From positions 40,486,001 to 40,550,000 of the forward strand of contig CM060731.1 of NCBI GenBank assembly GCA_030704615.1: a stretch of DNA of 64,000 bases, given 5' to 3'. Positions 11,645 through 23,401 of this stretch are shown here, one piece after another. The position numbers and the translations under genes were made by a program. How positions within the stretch are numbered: position 1 is the first letter of the stretch; every line of letters begins with the position of its first letter. This stretch comes from Takakia lepidozioides. Taxonomy: Eukaryota > Plantae > Bryophyta. The notes beneath the pieces were generated by a model. The model saw only the letters and a program-made list of their open reading frames with translations, made no database searches and was not told the DNA's origin.

Positions 11645-12447
11645 CATACGGTGGAGAGTGGAGGAGAGGAAAGAACACCACAAAGAGCACGGATTGTGCA
11701 AGTTCGAGGTGAAGCAGGGGAGATGGCAGTAGAGACAGGGAGAGTGCTCGAGGTGGTTTCGCCGGTGGTTCATCATGTTGAGGAGGACGACACCAAGCTT
11801 TCTGACCAAGATGACATCCTCCTGGACATCCCCAGGCCCCAAACCCGCAGCATACAGGCTGGATTTGGCGGTCCTGGTAGGCTGCCGGAGAACCCCTCTA
11901 CAGCAGATGTCATGTCGGAGGCGGATATAAAGTTGGCCGCTGCCAAGATGTTGGAGGCAACCCACAACAACATTGGCAGGGTGCAGGGGGGCATGGTGTA
12001 CCCGGCCAAGCTTGGAATTCCCCTTTGCCGCTTGGTGTCTTTGCAGGTGGTGAGACCTGCCCTCCCAGGCGATATCGACAAGCTGAAATTCTCTTTCCGG
12101 GATGGATATCGAATGGGGTCTGTCGCGTTTTACGTTTCCATTGAGAACGACCACGGAGCTTCCCGTGCCCACACTTCCGATGAGGTGGACAAATGGGGTC
12201 CCCATTGGCAAAGGCGAAATGAGGAGTTCGAGAGATCGATTGTTACTAATCCTCTTTTCCAGCACTTGTCCGGGAAGATGTTTTACGTGTGGGACGGCAA
12301 TCATCGCCTCCTGGCATGGATGGAGCACATAGCCGAAGCCCACCCCAACGACCTCGATTGGCATTTCGCCGTGGAGTGTGTTGTGTTGAAGGTTGCGGGG
12401 CCCAAAGATCGCAGTCTTCTCAAAGCTGCAATGGCGGACATCAACTC
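11645..12447 (+). pseudogene. Exon segment encoding the ParB/Sulfiredoxin-like domain of the host gene
   Basis: IPLCRLVSLQVVRPALPGDIDKLKFSFRDGY ... MFYVWDGNHRLLAW resembles the ParB N-terminal pattern IPxxxI...R...LxxSIxxxG ... YxIxDGxHRxxA; ends at donor TC|GTAAG. Confidence 0.7.
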
Positions 12448-13460
12448 GTAAGTTACAACGCCTCTTGCTTTTGGACCCATCCGATTGTAAGTCATTTCAT
12501 TGCGAATCCTCATATTTGTTGTAAATTCCCATTTCAGAATTGTTTGATGGAAATGTGGCATTGCAGGGTGACTGAGAATGCCTTCATTGCCACCAACTTG
12601 TCCCATATGCTCTTCCGAGTGAAGGATGTCGGGAAGCAGGGTGTGCAAGAGTTTGCCAATTCGCTCAGTGTCGACCTCCTGTGCAAGTCGGAGGCAAAGG
12701 CAGACAGAACCTGGTATAGGCTGAGCATGGACGCCATGGTGGACTACATATTTCGGGTAAAGCTCCTGACTATTTTGTTGAGCTAATCTGTCTCTCCTCC
12801 CCCAATAGAAGAAAAAGTGTTGAGCATGATCTCTAATCTTATGTGCGCATTCTTGACAGATGAAAATTCAGCAGGATTTGGCACATGCGCGGAGGTTCTA
12901 CATGGAGTCAGAGGAGAAGAATCTAACCCTCCCGGCACTCGAATCGTATCTCAAAGCTGCGGAGGTGAGGGCCCGCATAAAGTACAAGTCGCGGATGGTA
13001 AAGTACGTGGCCATAGCTGATCCCGCCCTTGGTGCCGACTTTCTGGTGGAGGTGGGGAAGCACTACTCCCGCGCTCTGAAGCCCACGATGACATTGGAGA
13101 AGCTCCATCGTCTAGCCACATCCTGTGTGGATGGTGCAGAAAAGGTGATACATTCTTAACCAAATTGTGGTGGCAACAACTCGTTTTTGTGGTGTTTGGC
13201 GCTTACGAATATGCTGGGTGGTTGGACAGACCCGGTGGCTCCAAATCTGGAATGGTTCCCAAAGTACAAGGGACATGTGGAGCTTCCCCAAACCGGACAA
13301 ACTGTCTGACCCCATATTCGACATGTGGATGAACCGCATGACATGGTGGTTTCAGGTACTTCCGCACGCTTCGTTTGGCGCTTCTACTCTTGTAGGGGGT
13401 GGATTCATTGTATTTTTTCAGCAATGCGATCTGGGACTTAGCCATCTTCGGGCCAAACCG

Positions 13461-13620
13461 GGAAAAATGGCGCCGAATTTCCAGTTCAGGGCTCCCAAGA
13501 TGGCTGTCCCTAGGGTGGCAGTCACCGAAAACCGAAATTCGGCGCCATTTTTCCATTTCTAGGCCCAGTCAGATCCGCCCCAACCTGGGAAAATGGTGCC
13601 GAATTTGCAGTTCAAGGACC
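13461..13620. repeat. Intronic copies of the array palindrome core, including a perfect 21-bp inverted repeat
   Basis: GGAAAAATGGCGCCGAATTTC (13461-13481) and GAAATTCGGCGCCATTTTTCC (13534-13554) are reverse complements; a third copy lies at ~13588. Confidence 0.85.
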
Positions 13621-14217
13621 TCATTGTGTTTTTCATGAATGCAGGTACTGCAAGTTCTCCCTTTTGGAGAAAGGTCATCTGTCTTTCGAGCCACCATTCT
13701 TCCTGGCATGGAGGAACCCTGGGGCTAACTCCATGTACACTGATGATATTGTGAAGGAGTGGCATCTGGAACATTTGCGTGATTGCCCTTGGTATGTGGA
13801 CCTTCCGCCCGACATGCTCGACCCATCCGAGTTTCAATTGAAGCTGGATGCTGAGGCCCGACGAAACCGGGCTCCGCTGCCTCCGCTGGGTGCAAAGAGG
13901 CAAAAGCGCTTGCGAACTCCAGGAAAGCGGCAGAGCTTGCTCAGGCAGGAATTCAGGAGAAATTGAATGAGAAGAGTAAAGGCCAAAGGAAAAGGACAAT
14001 GAAACAGGTGAGTGCAGTAACACCCAAAAAACAGAAACCATCGGGGCATCGGAGCAGGCGCAGGAGGGGACCCAAGAGAGTGACTCGGACGACGATTTTG
14101 TTCAAGGTCCTGTGACTGCTGTTGCTGCTACCCAGTCACCGGTCGTCTGGGTTCCCAAGTCAGTTCGGAGTGGGACTGGCTCTGCCAAGAAGTTGGCATT
14201 TGAGGGCGAGCCTACAC

Positions 14218-14942
14218 TGTCGCGGCCCTTTGCCTTGAGGGCAGGGGGTCGGGACACATCAGGGGCTGCCCCTGTGGTGGGGGCAGCGGCAGCGATAGGT
14301 ATGGGGGGGGCTGAAGCACCCTTGAGTGCCCAAGGCACCCAGGGAAGCGGAGGCGCTCACTAGGTGGAGCCCCGCACACCGGGTTGCGGTGGGGGTGGCT
14401 CCACAAGGGGTGGTGGTAGCTTAGTGGGACTTAGTGGGGGTGGCATAGGACTCACCATGGGGGCGGAGACCTCGTGGTGGGAGTCGTGGGGAGTCTTGGG
14501 ACTCATCACGGTCCATAGGGGCCGTGGTGAGCGGGCCAAGACTCACCGCGACTCACCACCGGGAGTCGAGGGTTTTCGTGGTGGTTCGCCATAAAATGGC
14601 ATGGCTGGTTGTGAACCCCCGCGGACAGCTACAGAAGTATATATAGGGAGTAGTAACCCCGAGAACGGTGCAAGCCCGTTGGTGACCAAAAACTAGTGAG
14701 TAAGCGAGCGAGCCGGAAAGCGACCAAAGAGTGGGGAGCTGTTCCGGACTGCCATCTACCAAAGGGAATTCTCCTAGTCCCAAATAGGTGGAGGGTTTAG
14801 GAGGAAGCGAAGGGGGACCGTTATGTCCCGGTGAGCAGCCGAAGCTCCAAGTTGGCCCGGCGGCCAGGTTGGGAGTCAGGCGCGCGCATCAAAGCGAGTA
14901 ACTATGACTTGAAGGGGAGCTTACCGAGTGAGGTGCGCGACA
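14218..14942 (+). repeat. 5' LTR of copy 2
   Basis: TGTCGC...GCGACA followed by the PBS. Confidence 0.95.
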
Positions 14943-14996
14943 TTGGTATCAGAGCTTAGAGTTCAGTACGCGATCGTCCTTGGGATTGGCCTCATC

Positions 14997-17900
14997 ATGG
15001 GGTCGGGCAAGCCGAAGCGAAAGCGGAACGGCCCAAAAGATGATGATCCCGGTGAGCCCGATGGGGGCGACGTGTCACCGAGGCGGCCGTTTGAGGAAGC
15101 GATGAATGTTTCCGAAAACGAGGCCGCTCAGGAGCGGGAGGAATCCGAGGAGTCGGAGCCCGAGGAATCCTTGAGAGCTCCGACAAACCAAGAGATGCCT
15201 CCCATGCCGGCAGCCTTTTGGGAAGGGTTGTTGGCGCAGTTTGGCGGGACGTTGAAAGACGTGTTGAAGGCGGCTAATGCCACTTCCACTAAGGCAAAGT
15301 TTAAGGTGAAGCCTAAGGAACCCGGCACCTTTGAGGGCGTTCGAAACGGAAGGCACTCAACACCTGGCTCCTGGAGCTAGAGCAGTACTTCCGGGCGGCC
15401 AAGTTGAGTGACGAGGATCGGGTGGAAGTGGCTCCCACCTATTTGAGGGGCTATGCTCAACAATGGTGGCAGAAACGCCTTCACGACCGAGGCCCAAGCC
15501 CGGAAACCTTGAACTGGAGTGGGTTCAAGGAATTGATGAAGAGACAGTTTGTGCCCCTCAACGCGTCCTGGCTTGCCCGGGACAAGATGAGGAATTTGAA
15601 GCAAACAGATGACATTCGGGGGTATGTCCAGGCTTTCAATGTGCTGTTGCTCGAAGTCGCGGACATGGCAGAACCAGAAATGGTCTTCAACTTTGTGGCG
15701 GGACTGGCCCCATGGGCCAGGCGGAAGTTGGAGGAGAAGCCACCCAAGACTTTGAACGAGGCAATTGAGAGGGCTGAATGTTTCTCGGATGTCCCTAGGG
15801 GTGAAAGACAAGGCCGTACGGAGCTGAACCACAAGAAGACCCGGCGGGAAGGTGACTCCTTCCGACCGGAAAAGAAGTGGGATAGGCCACGCGGCGATAA
15901 TGGCACGTGGAAATCGAAGGGAGGGCCTTCACACGTCAAGGCGGCACCCGGTGCTTCGAAAGGAAAAGCGGGTGGAGCGGCTTATGGCGGACAGAAGGCG
16001 ACCTTTGATGGAGTGTGTTTCAATTGCGGGGAGCCCGGGCACATGGCCAAGAAGTGCACGAAGCCCCGGCAATTGAACATGACTCGGGCGACCACGGAGC
16101 TGTCAGAAGATACCATCAGTCGCTTGGTGGAAGCGGTGGTCGCCAGGACTTGCAAGGTAGGCAACTATTCTTGTGAGTTGTATCAGGAAACTGGCGCCCT
16201 ACGAAAAGGGAGTCAGTTATTGTTCGTGGATGGGATAATATCCGGAACTAACGTGTCGTTGTTGGTGGACACAGGAGCGTCGCACTCCTTCATGACGCCG
16301 GTGGCGGCACGAAAGTTGGGACTCCCGACAAGTGACGTGGGGGCCTCTATTGAGGTGCGTCTGCCAAAGGAGAACCCTCAGTTGGCGACAAGGTTGGCGT
16401 TTGATGTTCCTCTTCAACTGGGGAGTTGGGAGGGACGTGAGAACTTCACTATCTGCGAGATCGATGGAGTGGATCTCATTTTAGGGATGACCTTTTTGAG
16501 CAAATCCGGAGCGGTCATAGATGGCCGCAAGAGAGTAGTCACGCTGCCATGTGGGAATGGTGGCGAGGTTTTACGAGTGTCGGAAACGCCCAAATCCGTG
16601 GGAGGGCGAATAAACCTTCTGTCAGCAAAGGAGTGGGCCGTGGAGGAGGCACACGAGTCCCAGTTTTTGCTTTACATTAGAGAAGTGAAAGGAGAAGGCG
16701 ATGGGGAGCCGAGCCCAGATTGGATCAAGGGGATTTTGGAGAAATACCAGGATGTGATGCCGGAGGATTTACCAAGCGGCTTGCCACCGCGAAGAGGAGT
16801 TGACCACAAGATTGAGGTGATACCGGATCGGACCGCCTGCCAAGGCGCCCTACCGTTGAGCCACAGAGAGTTGGTCGAGCTGAAGACTCAGCTCAAGGAT
16901 CTAATGTCAAAGGGGTACATCCGGCCGAGTAAGTCACCTTACGGAGCCCCGGTGCTATTTGCAGACAAGAAGGATGGGACGCTGCGGATGTGTGTCGATT
17001 ACAGGGCTCTGAATAAGGTGACTATCAAAAACCGGTACCCTTTGCCAAGGATCGACGACCTCTTCGATCGGTTGGCAGGAGCAAAGTATTTCAGCCGGAT
17101 CGACTTGCGCTCCGGCTATCACCAAATTCGGGTGGCGGAAGGAGATGAGGAGAAGACCGCGTGCAGGACAAGGTATGGTTCATATGAGTTCTTGGTGATG
17201 CCTTTTGGGCTCACCAATGCACCAGCGACATTTAGCACGCTGATGAACAGCCTTTTCCAGGAGTGGTTGGATGACTTTGTGATCGTGTACATCGACGACA
17301 TCTTGGTGTACTCGAAAACAAAGGAGGAGCACCTGGAGCACCTCAAAAGGGTGTTCCAAAAATTGCGAGAAGGGAAGCTGTATGCCAAAGCTTCAAAGTG
17401 CGAATTCGGGGTCACAAAGTGGAGTTCTTGGGGCATGTGATTACACAGGATGGGATCAAAATGGATGACAGAAAGGTGAGGGCGATCTTGGACTGGGAGC
17501 CTCCGACTTCGGTCCCGGGAGTGCGATCCTTCCTAGGACTCGCCTCCTATTACCCAAGTATGTGAGAAATTTCGCCAAGATCGTGGGGCCGCTGTCGGAC
17601 CTTCTGTGTAAATCCAAAGTCTGGGTATGGAACACATTTTGTGGCCAAGCTTTTGCTGAATTGAAGCAGCGGATGACGGAAGCTCCAGTCTTGAAAATCC
17701 CGGAGTTCGATCGTCCGTTTGAGATTCATACAGATATCGGACTTCGCAATTGGGGGTGTACTTATGCAAGATGGACGTCCAGTGGCTTACGAAAGTAAGA
17801 AACTGAATGAAGTGGAGCGACGGTGGCCGACGCACGAAAAAGAGATGAAGGCGGTGGTGCATTGCCTTGAGCTTTGGCGCCACTATGTTGGTTCCAACCC

Positions 17901-19544
17901 AGTGAAGGTGTTCACGGACAATGTCACGGTGAAGTATTTTGCCACGCAGCCCAAGTTGTCCCCAAAACAACTTAGGTGGCAAGATACTTTGGCAGTGTTC
18001 GACGTGGATATCCAGTACAAACCGGGACGGGACAATGTGGTGGCCGATGCTTTAAGTAGAAAGCAGCAGCTCTTGTTGGTGTACAAGGGCGAGACGGCGC
18101 TCCAAAGGAAGATCCGGAAGGCTTGCCGAAGGATGAGCTGGCAAAGTGCGTGATGCAGGACTTGAGAATGGGGGTTAAATCGCAGTTCCACTTGCAAAAT
18201 GGACTGCTCCGGTATAAGCAAAAACGTCTCTATGTGCCAAAGGGAGGGATCAGGGATAGTCTCTTGAGAGAATGCCATGATAGCCCGCTTGCGGGCCACG
18301 GTGGAGCCAAGCGCACTGCGGCACTCTTGAAGAAAGAGTATTTCTGGCCCAAACTGAGGGAGGAGGCAGAGGAGTATGTCAAGACATGCACACCACATGC
18401 CAACAAAACCGGAGCGAGTACAAAAGCAAGCGGGGCTGTTACAACCCTTGCCGATTCCAGAGGGGACTTGGGAAAGCGTCTCGATGGATTTCATGACTGC
18501 TATGCCGCTGTCAAAAGGATTCGATGCAATCATGGTGGTGGTGGATAGGTTCAGTAAAATGGGCCATTTCATCCCCACCAAGGAGACGGCAACGGCGCAG
18601 GAGACAGGGCGACTTTACTTCGCCACGTCTTAAAGCATCATGGAGTCCCGAAGGATATTGTCTCGGACCGCGATCCAAAGTTTACGAGTAATTTTGGAGG
18701 ACACTTTGGAAGAAGATGGGGACGAGGCTGAAGATGAGCACCGCCTTCCGACCTACGACCAACGGCCAAACGGAAAGAGTGAATTCCGTAGTGAAGCAGA
18801 TCTTGCGGAATTACGTGTCGGCAGACCAATCAGACTGGGTGGAACACTTAGACGCGGCAGAGTTCTGTTATAATAACACAGAACACTCCGCAACGGGAGT
18901 TTCCCTTTCGTATTGGTCTATGGAAAAGCACCTCTGGTGCCGACAAGTTGGGCCGCCCAGGACGTTGAGGAACCGGCAGTAGCGGCGGTACTGGAAGAAC
19001 GCGAGCGTTTGTTGAAGCTCGCAAAGTACAACATTGCCAAAGCTAGGAAACGGTATGAAAGGCAGGCGAATCGGAAGCGGAGGGAAGTGAAGTTTGAGGC
19101 AGGCACAGAGGTCTGGTTGAACATCAAGAATTTCCGACTACCTCCGGAAGTGAGTCCAAGTTCGTACCTCCGTATGCGGGACCCTTTCGCATTCGGAAGT
19201 TATGAATGAGGATGTGTATGAATTGGAGCTGCCGGCAAACAGCAAGGTGCATCCAGTATTCCACGTCTCCCTTTTGAAGCCTTACTTCAAAGATGAAGCG
19301 CGTCCGAATCGCATCAAGTGTTGCGTCCGCCACCTATGCTGTTGGATCATGAAAATGAACCTGAGTACGAGGTGGAGGCAATACTTAAGTCGAGGAGGTT
19401 CAAGAACCCAGAAACGGAGTATCTCGTCAAATAGAAAGGCTATCATCATGTGGAGGCATCTTGGGTGCGTGCCTCAGAAATGGGAAACGCATCCGAGGCG
19501 GTTGCAGCTTTCGAAGGCGACCTCAAAAGCGGAAGAAGCGTTGA
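14997..19544 (+). pseudogene. gag-pol polyprotein of copy 2 (many 1-bp indels)
   Basis: ORF 15404-17440 runs from gag through protease into RT in one frame, indicating a single gag-pol ORF; RH, IN and chromodomain follow in shifted frames. Confidence 0.95.
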
Positions 19545-20444
19545 TGGGGACATCAACCTTGGAGCGTGGGGAGGAAATGCATGCTTAGCCCGGCTTAGCT
19601 AGCTCAGGAATCCGATTGCAAAACTTGTATTGTACAAAAATTTGTTATAAAGGAAATGGGTTCCAAATGTTGTGCGTCCTATTTTGTTTGGAATGGTGAT
19701 GCATGGTGTGGTTGGCTAGTGTGTAGAATGCATGCTAGCTTACAAAGTGGGAGAGGTAAATTGGGTTAATCGTGTGTTTGCGCAGTGCCGAAATCGGGTG
19801 ACTCCCATCCAAGGGGCAAGGAAACTTGCGCCTTCTTTGGGAGTTCACGTGCTAGTGCGCACCTGGCGCGTGCGCGTACTATAACTGCGCTACCGAGGGG
19901 GTTGCCTTGTAGTGCGGGCTAACGCGGAAGCTACGTGCTTCCGTTCACGTACTATAATCGTGTAGCCTCGGGACGAAGTCGTAGTGCGGCTTCGGCGTGT
20001 TCCCGTACCTCAGGCCAGCATTCCAAGGCGGACCCAATTGTAGTGATTGGGGCGCACGGTTGGTTCAAGGTTATCTTCCTAGTCAAGAGGGTTCCAGGTG
20101 AACCCTTGCTCAAGGTGATGCCAAAAGCGGCATCATGAGCGATCGCAAGCAATGTTGTTGCAGTAAGGCGATTCGATCCTCGGGGAGGATCGTTCCTTGG
20201 CCTGAAGTAGGCCAAGAAGAGTGCACTGGGAGGAGCTGGAGAGGCTCCACCCTTGGCCGGACTTGGAGGAAGTCGGCCGAACTAGCTAGTGGAGAGTAGA
20301 GTCAAGTGTGGGGTTTGGTTCTTTGCCATGGGACGCCATGGTACGGAAACAAACTCCTTGATGTGGGACGCCACAACTTGGATGTTCGTTTCTACAAAAT
20401 GGACAAGTCGATGAGGACATCGACTCCCTGTTGGTAGGGGTGTG

Positions 20445-21183
20445 TGTCGCGGCCCTTGCCTTGAGGGCAGGGGGTCGGGACACATGAGGGGCTGCCCCTG
20501 TGGTGGGGGCAGCGGCAGCGATAGGTATGGGGGGGGCTGAAGCACCCTTGAGTGCCCAAGGCACTCAGGAAGCGGAGGCGCTCACTAGGTGGAGCCCCGC
20601 ACACCGGGTTGCGGTGGGGGTGGCTCCACAAGGGTGTGGTGGCTCCACAAGGGTGGTGGTACTTAGTGGGACTTAGTGGGGGTGGCATAGGACTCACCAT
20701 GGGGGCGGAGACCTCGTGGTGGGAGTCGTGGGGAGTCTTGGGACTCATCACGGTCCATAGGGGCCGTGGTGAGCGGGCCAAGACTCACCGCGACTCACCA
20801 CCGGGAGTCGAGGGTTTTCGTGTGGTTCGCCATAAAATGGCATGGCTGGTTGTGAAACCCCCGCGGACAGCTACAGAAGTATATATAGGGAGTAGTAACC
20901 CGAGAACGGTGCAAGCCCGTTGGTGACCAAAAACTAGTGAGTAAGCGTGCGAGCCGGAAAGCGACCAAAGAGTGGGGAGCTGTTCCGGACTGCCATCTAC
21001 CAAAGGGAATTCTCCTCTCCCAAATAGGTGGAGGGTTTAGGAGGAAGCGAAGGGGGACCGTTATGTCCCGGTGAGCAGCCGAAGCTCCAAGTTGGCCCGG
21101 CGGCCAGGTTGGGAGTCAGGCGCGCGCATCAAAGCGAGTAACTATGACTTGAAGGGGAGCTTACCGAAGTGAGGTGCGCGACA
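20445..21183 (+). repeat. 3' LTR of copy 2
   Basis: TGTCGC...GCGACA followed by TSD TACAC; carries an internal duplication of GTGGCTCCACAAGGGTG at ~20620-20656. Confidence 0.95.
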
Positions 21184-21548
21184 TACACGGCGGTATTCGG
21201 CGGTGATGTTTACGCATAGGCCAAAGCTAGAACCTCCAACCATCATCAATGCGTCAATCAGTGCTTCCTTGACCTCTCTCGCCTGCCAGGGCGATGAAGG
21301 TGGCACACAAAGCAAGTCTCTGCGAGCAGAAGGGGAATGCGGTGGCAAGGTGGACACCGAAAAGTTTCACCCTGGTCCTCTCAGAAAATGGTTCTGCATC
21401 ATACACAGGGGTTGCGAACAGAGGGCCAAGTGTAAGTTATCAATCTATTGCATTCCACCTCAACATTGTGGTGTATCTAAACAAGATCCCGGAGTTTTGA
21501 TCCCTATTTTGTTGGATGTGCAGACATTGGTTTTGAGCATATTGCTTT

Positions 21549-21960
21549 GTGAAGAGAGGGTCTACGTTCAAATTCCACAACGACGGTCGTCTTGTTGATG
21601 CTGCTGTGGACCCTGTTATCTCTACGATGTCCTCTACAACTATGTGCCCCACTCCAGTATGCCGAAGACCAAAGACAGGCAAACCGTGGCGGTACAGCAG
21701 CCGGATCCGGAGCCCTACTTTCATCCAAACCCTCATGGAGATGTGCTCGGATGTCCAAGGGCGGATTCTGGACCTCACATGCGGCCGGGTAAGCCTTCAC
21801 GTGCTCAGTTTGTCCCCTGGCCCGATTGCAATTGCATGCCGCAAGCTATTAACCGCCCGCTTTGTTCCTCAGGTGCTTCAATGTGGGCATGGACGTTGTG
21901 CATGCATGTGTTCGCCTTCGAGCCAGATACTGCCCTCCCCAACTTGGAACTGCACAGGCG
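21549..21960 (+). pseudogene. Beta-class N4C/N6A DNA-methyltransferase-like segment (SAM-binding motifs X-I-II) of the host gene
   Basis: KPWRYSSRIRSPTFIQTLMEMCSDVQGRILDLTCG-[GT..AG intron 21789-21872; one base missing]-GASMWAWTLCMHVFAFEPD matches the N6_N4_Mtase C-terminal pattern KPxxLxxxLIxxxSxxGDxVLDxFxGSGTTxxAAxxxGRxxIGxExD. The catalytic (D/S)PPY motif is not recognisable in the degraded upstream sequence. Confidence 0.6.
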
Positions 21961-22901
21961 GCTGAACGTCTATACCGAAAGAGGAATAGGCCTCCATCCT
22001 CGGAGGATGAGGAAAAATCCGAGAAAGAGCAGGGGGAGGAACAAGTTGGGATCGGGGCCGAGGAGCCCCCGGGTCGAGTGAACTGGTCGCATTGTAAGTT
22101 GCCTCCAGATTTTGTGAGGCACCTCCCTTCGCTCTCTTATTTCATTGAAAACCATTTCTGCTTCTTGCTGGTATTGACATTCTTGAAGTGGATTTGTTCT
22201 TACTGTAGGATGCCAAGTACGACAGGAGAGACTGCTACACCGGAGTTCATGGGCAGGAGGAACGTGCCTTTTTTTGCCAGGGGGGATTTCATGCCTAGTC
22301 TAGAAAGGGACTACATGCTCCTCCTACTATTTGCTGCCCGGCTTGCTTCGGTTTCCATTAGGAGGTGTTCCGAACCTAGTCGTGTACAGCAGATTAGACG
22401 AGGGCAAGCCTCAAGAAAATGAAGATGAGGGAGGAGGCAGCAGCTATTAGAGCCCGTCGGGCTCATAGATTTGTGTTGGATTCTGCTGAGGAAAGTGGGG
22501 AGAAAGAGGCAGAAGATTCCCAGGAGGTGAGGTGACAGTCCCCCAAGGAGAGGACGCATTTTTGAGAGTCATAGTGCAAACCGATGCATACAGAGCTCGG
22601 AGGATGGGGGGGATGAGGGGGATGAGGAAGAAGGAGGGCCCAGTTCCTCGGAAGGTGTAGGAGAGTAGTTCCCATTCCTGCTATGACAGTTAGGACACAC
22701 TTGTATAGACGTGGCTTGCCACACCATTTGCAAAAAAAATGTTGCATTTACATTGCTATGACGAGTCCACATGACCCTATTTCCGTGCCTCCTAACCCTA
22801 TTTCCGTGGACACAATTCGGCCCGCTCATGCTTTTTTTTTTTCCGCTCATGCTCAATGCTGCTCATGAATAGCAGCCCCCCTGAAGACTCTTCAAAGAAC
22901 A

Positions 22902-23401
22902 NNNNNNNNNNNNNNNNNNNNNNNNNNNNNNNNNNNNNNNNNNNNNNNNNNNNNNNNNNNNNNNNNNNNNNNNNNNNNNNNNNNNNNNNNNNNNNNNNNN
23001 NNNNNNNNNNNNNNNNNNNNNNNNNNNNNNNNNNNNNNNNNNNNNNNNNNNNNNNNNNNNNNNNNNNNNNNNNNNNNNNNNNNNNNNNNNNNNNNNNNNN
23101 NNNNNNNNNNNNNNNNNNNNNNNNNNNNNNNNNNNNNNNNNNNNNNNNNNNNNNNNNNNNNNNNNNNNNNNNNNNNNNNNNNNNNNNNNNNNNNNNNNNN
23201 NNNNNNNNNNNNNNNNNNNNNNNNNNNNNNNNNNNNNNNNNNNNNNNNNNNNNNNNNNNNNNNNNNNNNNNNNNNNNNNNNNNNNNNNNNNNNNNNNNNN
23301 NNNNNNNNNNNNNNNNNNNNNNNNNNNNNNNNNNNNNNNNNNNNNNNNNNNNNNNNNNNNNNNNNNNNNNNNNNNNNNNNNNNNNNNNNNNNNNNNNNNN
23401 N
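22902..23401. other. Assembly gap (500 N)
   Basis: Exactly 500 N; probably a fixed scaffolding gap of unknown true size. Confidence 1.

Larger units (their letters stand above)
14218..21183 (+). mobile_element. Full-length Ty3/gypsy chromovirus, copy 2 (same family as copy 1)
   Basis: TG...CA LTRs, TSD TACAC (14213-14217 and 21184-21188), PBS TGGTATCAGAGC at 14944-14955, same domain order. Confidence 0.97.
4258..22670 (+). pseudogene. Spliced gene encoding a ParB/Srx-like domain, a helical region and an amino-(N4C/N6A) DNA-methyltransferase-like C-terminus; disrupted by two gypsy insertions, a stop codon and indels
   Basis: ATG 4258 (an 8-bp duplication shifts it out of frame); frame 4290-4687 is open except for TAA 4485. 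Removing element 1 plus one TSD gives ...PAITHT|VESGGEE in frame; removing element 2 gives ...FEGEPT|RRYSAVMF in frame. GT-AG exons by eye: to 12447, 12567-12756, 12860-13144, 13230-13355, 13645 onward (phase uncertain), intron 21789-21872. The 3' end is approximate. Confidence 0.65.

Noticed and set aside
4688-21183. Tandem LTR array, segmental duplication or host-gene capture between LTRs
   Set aside because: Each copy has its own TSD and LTR variants, and the intervening 2.6 kb continues the flanking gene in frame.
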